A stretch of DNA of 59,516 nt, the filler included, from Sphacelaria rigidula (lineage: Eukaryota): the NCBI GenBank assembly GCA_964200075.2. It is 9 parts of 9 records of this genome, joined end to end, with 100 filler letters (N's around TTAATTAATTAA, not from the genome) between each part and the next. Parts side by side here need not be neighbours in the genome. Positions count along the whole stretch, not along the records: positions 33,124 to 39,647 come from CAXNAA020019556.1; positions 39,748 to 46,270 come from CAXNAA020019557.1; positions 46,371 to 52,893 come from CAXNAA020019558.1; 6 more parts are not named here. One strand, written 5' to 3'. The translations under genes and the position numbers were made by a program. The notes under the pieces were generated by a model that was given only the letters and a program-made list of their open reading frames with translations, was not told the DNA's origin and searched no databases. Shown here piece after piece: positions 37,209-49,929 of this stretch. The number at the start of each line of letters is the position of its first letter. Positions within the stretch are counted from its first letter, which is position 1.

Positions 37209-37342
37209 CAGTGTGGGAAGGATCGAGGAAACAGCGACCGAGACCCGCAGCCTTGCTTGCGAACTCCCGCCGCTGGTACTTGAAGTGCGGCAAGCCGGCG
37301 ATACGGAGATCAAACACCTCAGACAGGCTCGCATCGCGTAGG
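37209..37342 (-). CDS. RHD3/Sey1-family GTPase, third visible exon
   Basis: (S)LRDASLSEVFDLRIAGLPHFKYQRREF..LGRCF matches the Sey1 block FD..F..LPH.....F...V..L..RF. Bounded by CAG| and |GTGAGG; the phase-2 start fits the previous exon. Confidence 0.82.
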
Positions 37343-37934
37343 CTGTGTGCAGTATGGAAATTAATAAATGATCAGAGCATGCGCAGGGGAAAGGACGGGA
37401 GCAAGGAAACAACAGCTGCCATACTGTTGCTTGAAAACAATGTGTGTTTATGTGTACAGGGTGTGTAACCATGTATACAACTAGCTTTTGGATAACACCT
37501 TCCCGATATTTCTTCTGTTCCTCTGCCTCAACGCGCTTGACCAAACGTTCTACGAAGATTTTCACCCTTCATCACCCGGGCAGCTCGCGAGGTGCCTTGG
37601 TTTTCATACGAGAGGCAGACCCTCCACGGCGTGTAACATGCGTGTGCTTTACACTCGTGTATATCCACGAGCTCATGACTCAGCATGCAGAGACTCACGG
37701 CAGCCAGTCCTTCACATAGAAGTGGGTGATGAATAACGATAACAACAACAACAACATCATCATCATCATCATCAACTACAACAACAAAAACAGTGACACC
37801 AACTGCCTGCTATGTGCGGTAGAGTTTGTCCCTGTTCGGGGTCATTCTATTCATGACTGACACAACGTGATTTGAGTGTCAACAGTATTCGGATCTTTGG
37901 GGCGAATGACTGTCCTGAGTGCTTCCCAGCGTGC

Positions 37935-38140
37935 ACACCACCCGTTTTTGTCAAAATCGGCGCCGAGGCGCCGATTTGGGGTCTGTCAACGCGTTTTTGG
38001 CAAAGGCATCCATTGCACCCCTTGCCGGGAAGTTGCCGGTATATCTCGTGGGTTAGGGTTAGGGTTTCACCTTTCCAACAGATGTGTCCACCACAGATAT
38101 CATGGCGCCGAATGGCGCCGAAGTGTAACAAACCCACTTC
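37935..38140 (+). repeat. Dispersed repeat containing GGGTTAGGGTTAGGG, inside the RHD3 intron
   Basis: CCGTTTT.GTC.AAA.CGGCGCC...GATTTGGGGTCTG...TTTTG.CAA.GG...TGGGTT.G.GTTAGGGTTT also matches the reverse complement of the reconstructed empty copia site (52384-52495 joined to 46680-46712). Confidence 0.7.
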
Positions 38141-38966
38141 GCCATTTTACGCTTTCAAAATTGTCCAGGTTGTGACACTCGAAATTCGTATAATCATGAA
38201 CGCATGAAAGAGTTGTTTTGTCGGCAAATACTCATCCAAACCATACCGGAATGTTCCAAGGGCCGGACGAATGAGTGATTCGTCTGGAAAGTACTTGAAT
38301 TTAGTGTAATTGATTCGTACCGTACGGACCAATCCTTAAGCTTTGTGTTCAGCGTTGCAAGCCAGGGACGCGCGGCCCAGGGACGTGGAAGGGCGGAAAA
38401 AATGCGTGGATTTCTTCTTGACCAGAGATCAACTTTTTTCTCTCTTTCGAGCAATCACGCCTTACAAAATCGTGGATGTAGTGATTCGAACCGGCGATGA
38501 TTCGTCCGAACCGTGGAATGTTTGGTACAAATGTCGGTATGGTTTAGTATGCAAACCGAAATCCCTGCCACTTCCGGGGAAATACCCTGCAGAACATAGC
38601 CTTGCTGAATTGATCGCAGACCTCGAGATGGAAGCTACCAACCATGTTTCCTTTCACACGAAAACATAGACAGATAGTTCAAAAGTTCAGTGCACAGCGA
38701 CTCATTGACATTTTCAGATACCGAGGTCATTTTCTCGCACACGAAACACGTACCACGACTTCGCGAACCCCTTTTTCGAGGATGACTGATCTGAACCCTT
38801 GTTCGCTTCACGACTCTCGCACCGAACCCTGTAGGGAGGGGGGGGGGGGGGCAGGGCTGACCTGACCGGCTTCTCGACGCCCCGCCATAATNNNNNNNNN
38901 NCCCCCCCTCCTCCCCCCTTTTGCCGACGTCCCCGTCCTGCCCCCTGTTCCCCCCCCCGCCCGCGC

Positions 38967-38997
<31 letters not shown>

Positions 38998-39008
38998 GCA
39001 GGGCTGAC

Positions 39009-39121
39009 CTGACCGGCTTCTCGACGCCGCGCCATAATGCCTCCATGTTAGCCCGTGCAGCCTTCTCTAAAGCCTTATATTGGTCTTCGTCCTCCACGTC
39101 TCGCATCACCAGCATCAACAC
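39009..39121 (-). CDS. RHD3/Sey1-family GTPase, second visible exon (G4 RD motif)
   Basis: VLMLVMRD...NMEALWRGVEKPV, compare LLFVIRD...DLE.IW..+.KP. Bounded by AAG| and |GTCAGC. Confidence 0.87.
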
Positions 39122-39269
39122 CTTTTCGCGTCAGTACAGCAAGAGCAGGAGCAGTCAAACATCCTGCCACCGCACAAGAAAACATAATAATTACACCAGG
39201 AGGAGACAGCACAACTTGCTTCCGCTTCCTCCCTCCCCTTTCCCGCTCGCCCCTCGTCCTCGAACTCAC

Positions 39270-39528
39270 CTTGGGAAAGCGAGCCGGACCCCCAACAATC
39301 TCATCGCCGCCCTCCTTTCCTTCGTCTTCCCTAGGGCTAACGCTAACGCTTTCTTCATCGTTGTTGTTCATGTTGTTGATACCTCGCCTCTGTCGGCCGT
39401 ATAGGTGGACGGCCTCCTCGAACACGGAGCGGAGTACGGAGTAAGCCTGGCCGTCGGCGCGGCCGACATCGTGCGCCCACAGGTTGAGCACGACCACGTC
39501 AGATGCCATCACGGCGAAGAGCGTAGTC
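39270..39528 (-). CDS. RHD3/Sey1-family GTPase, first visible exon
   Basis: TTLFAVMASDVVVLNLWAHDVGRADGQAYSVLRSVFE, compare SALFALAVSD+++IN+W.HD+GR....N..LL+TVF. Bounded by CAG| and |GTGAGT, then a 148-nt phase-0 intron. The G1-G3 exons lie beyond the contig end. Confidence 0.9.
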
Positions 39529-39747
39529 CTGTTGGCGGTGGCCGTGGTGGTCGTGGTAGTTGAGGGAGGGGGGGGGGGGGGGGGTCCGGTGGGGGGTGAT
39601 CTGTATCAGGCATGGGGTCGCTATGTCGTAATTGACCGACCCTCCACNNNNNNNNNNNNNNNNNNNNNNNNNNNNNNNNNNNNNNNNNNNNTTAATTAAT
39701 TAANNNNNNNNNNNNNNNNNNNNNNNNNNNNNNNNNNNNNNNNNNNN

Positions 39748-39938
39748 TTTTAGTGCTCGAGGGGTTCAGCACTCCCTTCCCCTCGTCGACCGTGAAGTCG
39801 AATTTGGTGTACCCACGACATAGTCGCTCTCCACTGTTGGGTATGGTGTGAGAAAAAGTCCCAGATCACTCCGAGATTCGAACCCATGACCCAACCGTCA
39901 GAGGGTTACGAGGTTACCAACTGAGCCACCGGGGCGAT
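39748..39938 (-). mobile_element. tRNA-derived SINE, family 1 (3' end cut by the contig start)
   Basis: A box TGGCTCAGTTGG, B box GGTTCGAATC, then a non-tRNA body. Confidence 0.88.
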
Positions 39939-42900
39939 TGACAATTTGATAATGACAGAGGCCACACTCCATGGCCGGAGGCGCGCGCATGGTGCATTTT
40001 CATCTCGTTTTTGAAAATATTTTGATGCTAGAAGGGTTCCTAAGATTTATCCTCAAAAATATCCATAATAAATAGTAGAATCCTGTGTTATAAGGGAAAC
40101 CGTCACGGGGCTTTCTGCGTCTTCGATGCATATTATCAGCAGACATCCGACGATGCCGAAACCTCGTATCACCGATATTACAATATTTTCACGGTTTTGG
40201 GGTATAAGTCGATCCCATACGTTGTAATTCAAATGTTATTTTAGCGTTATCCCCTAGATGGTGGCGGTTACTACGGTTTGATCCGTGATGAGATTGGGTA
40301 GCCGAGAATTCGCATGATGATTTCAGAACATTTGGAAGGCCCCTGATTGGCCGAGAACCATCTTGACCACTACCATATATTAGTAGCGATGGACGCAAGA
40401 AAACTCTGGCTTAAGTCACACCGCTCGCTTGCTCGTGGGGTTCAGTATGATATCAAATGTGTTTCTATCGAGTCACTTTCGCGTTCTTAATCTAGTGGGG
40501 AATAACGTTTGGGCACTCTCCCTGAACCAGCCAATACGAGGGAGAACAGAGTAGAAATGCCAGAAAATCTGCACGTTAGTGTTGTAGGATCGGTGTGTGT
40601 ACAGGGAATGCGACCCACCACATGCAATGATACTTCGCATTTTACTGCTACTGTTGAGGTATTACAACCGAAACGGTGCCCAAAAAGATAACCGCGGCGT
40701 TCCTCGAACGTGCAAACAGCGAAGTCGTAGTGGGTGAGAGTCGATAATATCGAAACTGTTCCGAAATAGACTACCTTGGCATCTCTCGTCGGCTTTCACC
40801 ACCACCCACGCCCTCTTGGACGTTAATGTTACTGCACTACAGTCGTCGTAGTGAGCTGGATAAAAAAAATATCTTCCACCAGACGCACCAACTATTGCCC
40901 GCTGAGATCCTTCCGTTTCTAGCATCGCCCATTCCTCCTCCAGCCATCCTCTGGGGAGTGTTCTGGCGCTCTCCCTAGCGGTTTGCGGCCGTCGTAAGCT
41001 CATTTCAGATCAGGACCGGGTACACCTGATATGTCAGTCTCTGTCTCTGTCTGAATCTCTTGTCTCTCCGTCTCTGCCTATCTTCGTATCTCTGCTCGGT
41101 TGCTCATCTCTCCCGCCCCCCGTCGCTGTCCATGTGATGGAGGTATGCGGGTTGCATTCACGTGCAGTAAGTCAGTGCACTGTTGTGCGATACTACTGTG
41201 CTGTTGTATCGTGCAGTGCGATAGAGAGGAGGCGTGCTTGCTGTAGATCACCGCCCTCATCACGAATAAAAACACTATATATGGCGATGAGGCCATGAAG
41301 TATAGTCACATAATCCAAACCATCTCGAAATGGTGATGGTAGGATGGTGGCAGTTACTGTACTCAGATAGCGCCACATCTCAACAGACCATTCGTACAAC
41401 TGGCAGGTATCTTGCGCACATCATGCATATGCAATAGTACTCCCCCCCCAAAGAATAGGCTACGCTTGTCACACGGCGGGCTTTGATTGACACGCACATA
41501 CACACATGCATTACAATCTCCCTGTATCAGTCAGTCAGTGCGCTTGCTACATCTTGGATCGTGATGCAGTGCCAGTGTCAGTGTCAGCCATTCATGTACG
41601 TGGTGTGGGGTACTCCGCAAGAAGGTATCCTGATGTTTCAAAACAACAGTACTTCTACTGAACTTGCTGTGCTTCGCAGCGTGAAGATCATGACGAGTAT
41701 TACAGCAGACAGTAAAGTACTATTATTCTCGCGGCTTTACGACACTAGAAATGATATAGCCGAGCAGCGCTACTTCCTACTATAGTGTAAACAGAGTAAG
41801 TCCACACGCGGGGAGGGGTGCTTTCTTGAAAGCTTCTAGAGATACAATATATAGGCCGGAGGGATGTGCCGAAGGTTCTAGATACGGCAAACGGGACACG
41901 CTGAACGGTAGTACAAAATGTGATATCCTAAAACTCAAAATAAGGACTCCCCTGCAGAGTTCCGTTTTCTGCGGAAAACTGCCTGTTGTTCAGAACTCTG
42001 CACCCTACCTACGCGCAGACGCACAACACGCACAAGCAACAGCGCTGGACCGAGATACAGAGATACGAAGGAAGGAGAATTGCTGCTGTTTCTTTTGTGC
42101 ATTCGCTGGATAGACAGCTGATAAAGGAACCGATCCTAGCAAGAAACCATGGCTGATGACGGGTGAGCGCCCGGGACCACTTCACTGAGCCAACACCCCT
42201 CAGTGCTTGGTTACTGGTGTAGCACGTGAATAGGAGACAAGCATCACGATAATATCTTCTTTGTGTGATATTGCTTTGATTAACAACACGGCAGATTACA
42301 AGCGAGATGTAAGGTTTCTACAGGTGTCAACCGGTTATCCGCCGTGCCCGTGTTTACGGACTGTATGTCCAGCGTTACCGTTTTGCGGTGTCCTGACCTG
42401 TTGAGGCTCGTCTTGCGAAAAATCGAAATCTGTCGAAGAAAACAACCAGCAGTCGAAATAACAGGGTCGGGGAGATTGAGGAAGAGGTCATTGGGGTTCC
42501 CCGTGTTGCTAGCCTGCCTGCTTGGATGGACAACTTGATCTAGTATACCTCTTTCAGCAAGGCTGCGCTGGATGTGAATGCCAGCCAACGCTCGGAGCAC
42601 CGGGCGTCCTTCACCTGGGCGTTCTATGCTGCACCGTGCCGACTCCCCCAGACGTGCATAACCTTGATGAACCAGGAGTGCTAATATTATATAGTACATA
42701 CATTCGGCATGACTGTGTTCTGCACACGTGTAAATGCACATGATTTACCACCATACCCGTGGTAATGCTGCGACCCATCTGCGAGATCCTTGTCCAAAAG
42801 GAAGCAGGAAAGGCAGGCATTTTTCACTCTCGTATGTCTGAACTGCGCGTATCCCATCGAGCGAACCTCAGTACCATGGCCCAATGCAGTGTGGTGTAGG

Positions 42901-45900
42901 CGCGGGTCCGTGTGCTGTCAGCACACAAAAACGGAGCTTACCACCCCTCCTGGACGTGCACACTCGTTCTCACCCTGTACCATTCCGTTGCTGAGGACAA
43001 TTCCCACGTCTTTCGCTCAAAATCTGCGATGTCGGCAGGGAATCGTCTGACGTTTTGCCGGTCGAGGAGAGGGTGCGTGGCGTTGAGTATCAGAGTTTGT
43101 CGGGCCTTCTTTTTACTCGCCTGACGGGGTACAAGCAGGTCCAACATCTGTCCCTTAACGTATTATAGTGGTACGTGAACTGTTGACGATTGCAGCGACG
43201 TCGTCTGACAACGGCCAAGGCAGATTTCAGCATTTATTTCTGGGAGAAACCTCAAACGGACGGTATACGAGTGCTGTACTTTGCTGTCTTTACTTGACTT
43301 TGATATGAAGGCATTGTAATTTGTGTGATGGGGGGTAAGGTAGTGTTTCCCCTACATTCCGAGCTACGCATTTTTCTTCAGTCGATTCCTCCGCAGTATT
43401 TTTGTGCCGTATGAGACACGGCACGCATTTGGGTAAAAACCTCATGGCACTCCAGAGCTGCTCTTTGGATTTCGAAACGTCAGCCTGGTTTTGACTTGTT
43501 CCCGAAATTTACGCCATGCTCGCCAACTAGACCGCTGACAACAAGTATGGTACTCGGTGCAGCGCTGGCCGAGGTAAGAGTAGACCAGCAGCCCGACGGC
43601 GCTTGCGTTGGAAATTCCTTAGGACACAAGAATGAGCAAGAAAAAACGAAAGAGGACGTACATGATGGCTCGCATTCGAAGTCCTGGGTACCAGCTGCTG
43701 ATATTGTCTTTTGCCCAATACCCCATGCGACGAAGTGGTGTTACAGTAGCCGTCCTACTCTCTCTCTCTGCGGCGTCTCGGGCAGTGCACAGATCATGGC
43801 CACTCTGGAACTGCTTCATCTGCATTTGAATAGCTATGCCTCGACCTCTTGTGGCACCCGGAGAAACCGCGCGGACCTCTGTACCCTCAAGTGGCAGAAC
43901 AATCACACAAGTTATTACTTTTTCCGGCGTGTGCCCTGTTTTGCTCTTGTTCGCCCCCCCGCTCTCCCTGTGCCTTGTCGGAGTTGGAGCCACCTCTCCC
44001 CACTTCATACTCTCCGTTGACAGAAAGCACTTGACTATTGAGTATGTATGTGATCAGTATTCTTGCCGCTGGTCGACCATCATCGGATTCATGATTTTGT
44101 GTTACCCCCCCCCCCCTCCGAAGCGCCTTCGATCCATAGCATTACGAGAGCCTCTGGTGCTGGTGCTGTCCATTTGACAGCAGAACACGCAAACGGCTGC
44201 ACCGACGCGGTTTTTTTTTCTTCATTTTTCATATCGCTTGTGCGTTACAATAGCAAAAATAATCATGGTTTTTCAGACGAAACACGCAGAAAGGTAATTT
44301 ACCAAAAGTCAACGTCCAGAGGATCGGAGAATTGGTATGATTTTTTCACAGTTCGCCGCAAAAATTGCTCGAAGAACTGGTGACAGAGGAATCAATCGAT
44401 GGAAGAAAATCGCCTGTCCACGAGGGCTGAAATCCACATGTTTGTACAATTACGCATCGGTTCCCATAAAAAGCGGTCGTATACAGAGCAACTTTTTTCT
44501 ACGGCAACTTTTGACTACATATTGTCTAGGTTGTGAACCATTCCTGGCATGAACCCTTCACTGGTGGGCCAAGCGATGCAAGATTTATTTTATCGATGGT
44601 CCTCCTCGAGTACCCGAATAGTGTATTGCCATTATTATTATTTTTCTTTATTTTGGTAATGTGTCTGGTAAGGAATAGCAGGGACGGTATTGGAAAGGCG
44701 AGCCTACGTCTGTGACCACGTGTTCGCGAGATCGGAGTAAAGTGCGGAAATAATAATAATAATTAACCCTCAGGCCGCTACGGTAGTCCATCTGCATCAT
44801 GCATACCTCTTATAAGTGGAGGGGACGCCCATTCGACAGATGGCCCACTCTACGTCTAGGGGTTGAACTACCGTAAAAGATGAGGTATCTGTCACACGAA
44901 TGTTGCCGTCGAGTACCCGATTGGTGTACCGTGAAAATAATAACGAACTGTTTCGATCTCCATTTTATCTCCTGCGCTCACCACCAAATTTGACATGACG
45001 GCTGCAAAGATGATCGAGTTATGTCCGAAATGTCGGAGAGCTTCGTTTCTCTGTTTGCCTTCATCGTTTTTATGAGAAGAAAGCGGTGATACGCGGAGGG
45101 GAGGAGGGGCTGATAACCGTCGCCAAGGGGATACTGATGTACCGTATATGAGGCTACGTTATTGTCGCTTCAACCATGAGTCGGAGCGTGCGAGTGGAAG
45201 CTTTGGAAGAGACTCGGAGACTCCCAACTCGTGGTTTTTATTGGTTTCCATACTGCTGAAAGTGCGGAACTATTTCAATATTATCCCAATTTTGGTCGCC
45301 TCTTGCCTACGCTACGCATCGGTTAGTATTCATCTTGTCGTGCATATCACCTATGTGGATTTGGTTGCCCTGGTACTGGTACTGTATCATGCAGTTGTAC
45401 TTTGATTTTTTTGCCGGTACATGTCGTTGTTGCTTTGTTGATCCCCGCCGTGCGTGAGCGGTGCTGGTGCTTATCTAACGACCAACAACCAAAAAATCCC
45501 CGAGAATGACAACCACAACGTGAAAAGAAAAAATCTGATCAACCTACAACGCCTTCGTAGAACAGAGTTGTTTCCCAACGAGCAAGACCAAAATTCGAAG
45601 AGGGAAAACATTCACCTCCCATGAGTACTGAAGCAAAAAAAATTATCACTCATCACGTCGGCAGCTCCTGCCCTCATTTCCACCGGGTGCGTGTGGTTTG
45701 ATGGGGGAGATACGTGACTGTCTTGCTTTCGATATTCCTGCTCAAGGAAACGCCGTTAGTTTTCCTGTACGGGGGTCACAAGCTCCGTGTCCCGCTTGTC
45801 GAGCCAGTTCTAACTGATACTTGTCAAGGAGGAGAGGGAATTGCGGCGGCAGCAGCTTCGAATTTCAGGGAATGGGGGTGTCTGACTTTTATGGAGTGAG

Positions 45901-46199
45901 ACGTTTTCGAGATATGCCTTGTAAAAACCCTACGAACTCAAGTGACAGAGGGAGTGGGTTGGGAATATACCACACCCTAGATAAGATACCACGTTGTCAA
46001 AAAGTGTGCTGCACACAGTATCGACCGTAATGGCTCTTGCACTAGACCCAAGATTGTACTTTGGGCCGTTTTTTCCCGAAATTCCACCTCTCTCGCCGTT
46101 GAAAGCAGCAAACAGTTGTTTTAACGCGCTTCCTCTCGATAAAAAATACAAATTCATACTGTTTGATACCGCTTTCACCCAAATACAAGCGCACCACCG

Positions 46200-46270
46200 G
46201 TCGCCCCGGTGGCTCAGTTGGTAACCTCGTAACTTTCTGATGGTTGAGTAGGGGGGTTCGATTCCCGGAG
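46200..46270 (+). mobile_element. SINE family 1 head (cut by the contig end)
   Basis: GTCGCCCCGGTGGCTCAGTTGGTAACCTCGTAAC...GGTTCGATTCCCGGAG. Confidence 0.85.
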
Positions 46271-46712
46271 NNNNNNNNNNNNNNNNNNNNNNNNNNNNNN
46301 NNNNNNNNNNNNNNTTAATTAATTAANNNNNNNNNNNNNNNNNNNNNNNNNNNNNNNNNNNNNNNNNNNNGATCTCGGGGCTGGTGTCACGCGGTCAAGC
46401 TACGCTCTTCCGTCACGAACGGGCGGTTGTCACATCATAGATGGTTGGTTCAAGCAACGGATATGCCTTGTGACTGAAAGCTGCACAGAAAAGCAGGACT
46501 ACTGTAGAGTTTGGTATTTCGTTTGATCAGACCTTGTCAGATCGGAGTGCCACGTGTATTTGAAGACGAGCACTGAGTTGCCGATTACCACGATGTGTCA
46601 TAGTAGTAGGCTAGTTTGCCGGAGTTGGTCTACAAGTGTTCATGGTCGACACATTTTACAAGTATCGCTACCCGTACCCCCACCCCCAAAACCCTAACTC
46701 CAACCCATCGCG

Positions 46713-46970
46713 TATTCCTAGGCTCAGGCACAGGGTAATGGTTTCAGATCCTTTATTGAAGAGCATCCAAGTTCTACTGTAACTTGGGAGAGTGATGATG
46801 AGATGGAGGGTAGATGAATGAGAATGATCAGGGGTCGCGGACTGCTCCGCTGCTTTCAGCCGTACTGTACCATATTATTTGCACACACTTGACTGTCGGT
46901 ACTCGTACGTTACCCCTATCCGCGGTTCTACGTAGATCCAGCATTACTGGGTATCTGAATCACTCGAACA
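46713..46970 (-). repeat. copia 3' LTR (258 bp)
   Basis: Direct repeat of 52129-52383; by manual count about 13 substitutions and one 3-nt indel. Confidence 0.96.
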
Positions 46971-47269
46971 CTCCCCCTGATCGGATATCTCACCACTCGA
47001 AGCTAAAAATACAAAAATCAAGGAGGAAACTCGGCCTTCGGAGCAAAAATCCCTTATCACACAACGTCCAACGCTTGTGCTCAAAACAGTCCTTTTTCGC
47101 AGACGCCCAGGCCAGGGCACCTGCACTTAACAACGGGAAACGCCCTACAAACCCATGCCCCACAAAGTAGCGTGAGCGGCTTCACCCGATGTAAGCGCAG
47201 ATGCATTACGGAAACTATGACCTGAAACATCTGGAGCTGACAAATCGAAAGACACACACAAAGCAAAAT

Positions 47270-49090
47270 ATGTGTCCACTCGCTATCCCCAGTGTTCATC
47301 AAGGCGCGACGGTGCCTCTTGAACAGCGTGAATGGGAGCGGCTTTGTGAGAATATCAGCGTGTTGCCACTCGGAATCCACATGTACAATCTTCACTGCTC
47401 CCGTTCTAACTAAGTCCCTAATAAAATTCCACCTCACGTCGATATGCTTACTACGACCTGAGCTGAGAGGGCTGTCGGCTAAAGTCGTAGCCCCCTCATT
47501 GTCCTAATATAGACCAATATCATACTCTACTTGTCGTCCCAACACAACCCTTGGTCGTAGGAAAGACAGTACCGACCTGACAAACATGCATTCCTTCGCC
47601 CCTCCAGCCATAGCTACGTACTCGGCTTCGGTAGTTGACAGGGTAACGCAGTGCTGCGTTCGACTAGTACTTGATACTGCTATCCCCCCGTACATAATCG
47701 CTACCCCGGAAACGGATCGCCGGTCTGTATCTTTTTTAGCGTAGTCAGCGTCACAATAGACTGTGAGCCTACTTTCTCCCGAACTAAAAGTCAGACCGTA
47801 ATTTCTTGTCGTGTTGAGGTACGCCAAAACTTTCAACACCCCTCGCCAGTGTCTTTCACATGAGTCATGTGATTGTCGGGCCAGGTCTCGGGCTGCATTT
47901 GCTGTGTCTGGCCTGGTTACCATAGCCAACCACATCAACCCTCCCACGGCACTCTGGTATGGTCTATCTAAAACCTTATCACCTTGCTTCACCGGTCCCA
48001 AGTCTGCAGATACTGATGCGGGAAAATCGGAAAATTCCGTAACCTCGCAACGCTTCAGCATGGTGTCGACAAAGGCCGTCTGGTTCACGTACATGGTACC
48101 TCTTTTCCAGTTCCTCTCTATGGCACACCCCATATAACACTGAACTTCACCTAAGTTGTTCGTTGGGAATCTCTTATTCGGGACATTACATGCCCTCTCC
48201 GCTCTCTTAGTTTCTCCCCCAATTAGAATGTCGTCCACATGCACAACAAATATGGCACAAACTTCCCCCCCTTCCTCCAGTTTGTATACACACGGGTCAG
48301 CCTTACTTTGCGACATTCCTCCATCCTCCATCAGTGTTTTGTTCAGGAGGAGGGACCACTGTCACGCTGCTTGTTTTACGCCGTATATAGATTTTTCTAG
48401 TCTAACCGTGTTACCTGTCAATGGGCCACACCCTTCTGGGAGCTTCATGAACACGTTCGTGTCCATTTTGGCTCGTACGAAAGCCTGGGTAACGTCGAAG
48501 TGATACAGTGGCCACCTCCTCTGTACTGCCACCGCCAAGACCAATCTTATTGATGTCATGGCCGGGGTGGCTGCAAACGTCTCAAACTAATCCACCGCGT
48601 ATCTCTGGCCAAACCCACGCGCCGCTAATCTAGCCTTCGCTTTAGTTGTAGCACCATTAGCATCGGTTTTCCCAGTGAACACCCATTTGGCTGATGGCTG
48701 CCGAGATAGCCCACCCCGAACCGGCCAAAACGCGCACGGAGGCGATGATCACAAATGCCGTTAGAGCTGGTTTTGTGCTGCACGACGCGACTCATTTGAG
48801 CGTTATAGCTGATGTCGGTGTGCTACACGCCTCTCACGTAGGCGGGATTGCTGGAAACGAGCCGGTTTGTCGGATGATCTCCTGTGCACTTTTCGTGGGG
48901 GGGCTATCTCGGGATTAGTCGGCTGTGATTATGTTTGCTCCTTTTGGAATTTCTCCTTTTGAGAAGGTACCTGCGGTTTCATGTCCATTGAGTTCTGCAC
49001 GCATGGCACTCAACCATATTTCCTTGTATTCTGACTTTTCTATGTCTTCCTACTGATACGGGGGGAGTTTCCACATCTCTTACGTGCAGA
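47270..49090 (-). pseudogene. pol: copia reverse transcriptase and RNase H
   Basis: IITAKWVF, KAKARL, FDVTQAFV, SIYGVKQAA, VVHVDD, YCDADYA, STTEAEY, KHIDVR, ADILTKPL. Interrupted by stops and an insertion. Confidence 0.95.
48693..48920. mobile_element. 228-bp MITE inserted in the copia RT
   Basis: TIR core CCGAGATAGCC / GGCTATCTCGG, with a duplicated GGCT (or GGCTG) on each side. Removing it restores I-I-T-A-K-W. Confidence 0.88.
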
Positions 49091-49929
49091 CCGATGGGGG
49101 AACGCAAACCAAAACTGGGCTCCGCCTCTGTCTCGTTTTCGGCCGAAAATCAAACAGGCTCCTGCTCTGCAAAAGTCTCCTCGATCAGCATGGCCGCGAT
49201 GCTTCCCACCTCTGGTCCGGCTGCTGCAGTGATCAGCTCCGTCATCCCGCACTTGTCCTCCGCCATTCCATACAGTATAGTTTCCGCTTGAGCCCTCGCC
49301 TGAACCCTCGCAACGCGCGGGAGAAAATTTCGTTTCTTTCCCACGCCAGCGTTTTCTCCAGTTCCTCTACTGCCGATGCTAGCTCGTTCCGGTCGGCTGC
49401 CGCTCTCGTCGCACTGCGCGTGCGATCTGCCATTTGTGGAGGCAGAGACAATTCATCGTCGAGTGCAAGACGGTGTAGCTCCGTCCTTGGGATTCCGCGA
49501 GCTCCACCGCCCCCCCCCGTCGTTGCGCTCGGAGGTGTCTACGGTTGTCGGTGTTGTTGCTGTCGGCGTTGTCGGCGGCATTGTTTCTGTCGGAGTTTGC
49601 GGCGTCGATGTTGCTGTCGGTGGCGGTGTTGCTGTCGGCGGCGATGTGGGGGGCGCTGATCCCCCGTCATCAATGAGATGCCGGACAGGGTTGCGTAAAA
49701 TCTCGCGCCCCCCCCCGCTTCTGCAAGGAAGCGGCGAGGTCATCTCACCCCCACCGCCAATAGCGGGGGTCTCTTATGCCGCTTCTGCTTCCAGCTCTGG
49801 GTTGGGGATCAAGAACGACACGTGACGTGAACCGCGGAGTGAAGCACGCGCCGCCGGAGTTTACCGTTCCGCGGACTCGCTGCCGGCCGCCCCTCCCTCG
49901 ATCTTGTCATCCCTCGCTCCGTCGGGCGT

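Noticed and set aside
39860..39938. tRNA gene (also 46200-46270)
   Set aside because: A and B boxes are present, but I could not form a convincing cloverleaf. The head continues into a multicopy SINE body.
40760..43121. Apparent N-terminal (G1-G3) exons of the RHD3 gene: WYR|VMHVWGSRHG, a 20-nt GT..AG micro-intron at 42615-42634 giving GSRHGEGRPVLRALAG, and RPQT...MLETEGS
   Set aside because: These lie on a different, size-sorted contig from the RHD3 exons. They lack GKS, contain stops and have inconsistent splice phases, so the resemblance is probably chance.
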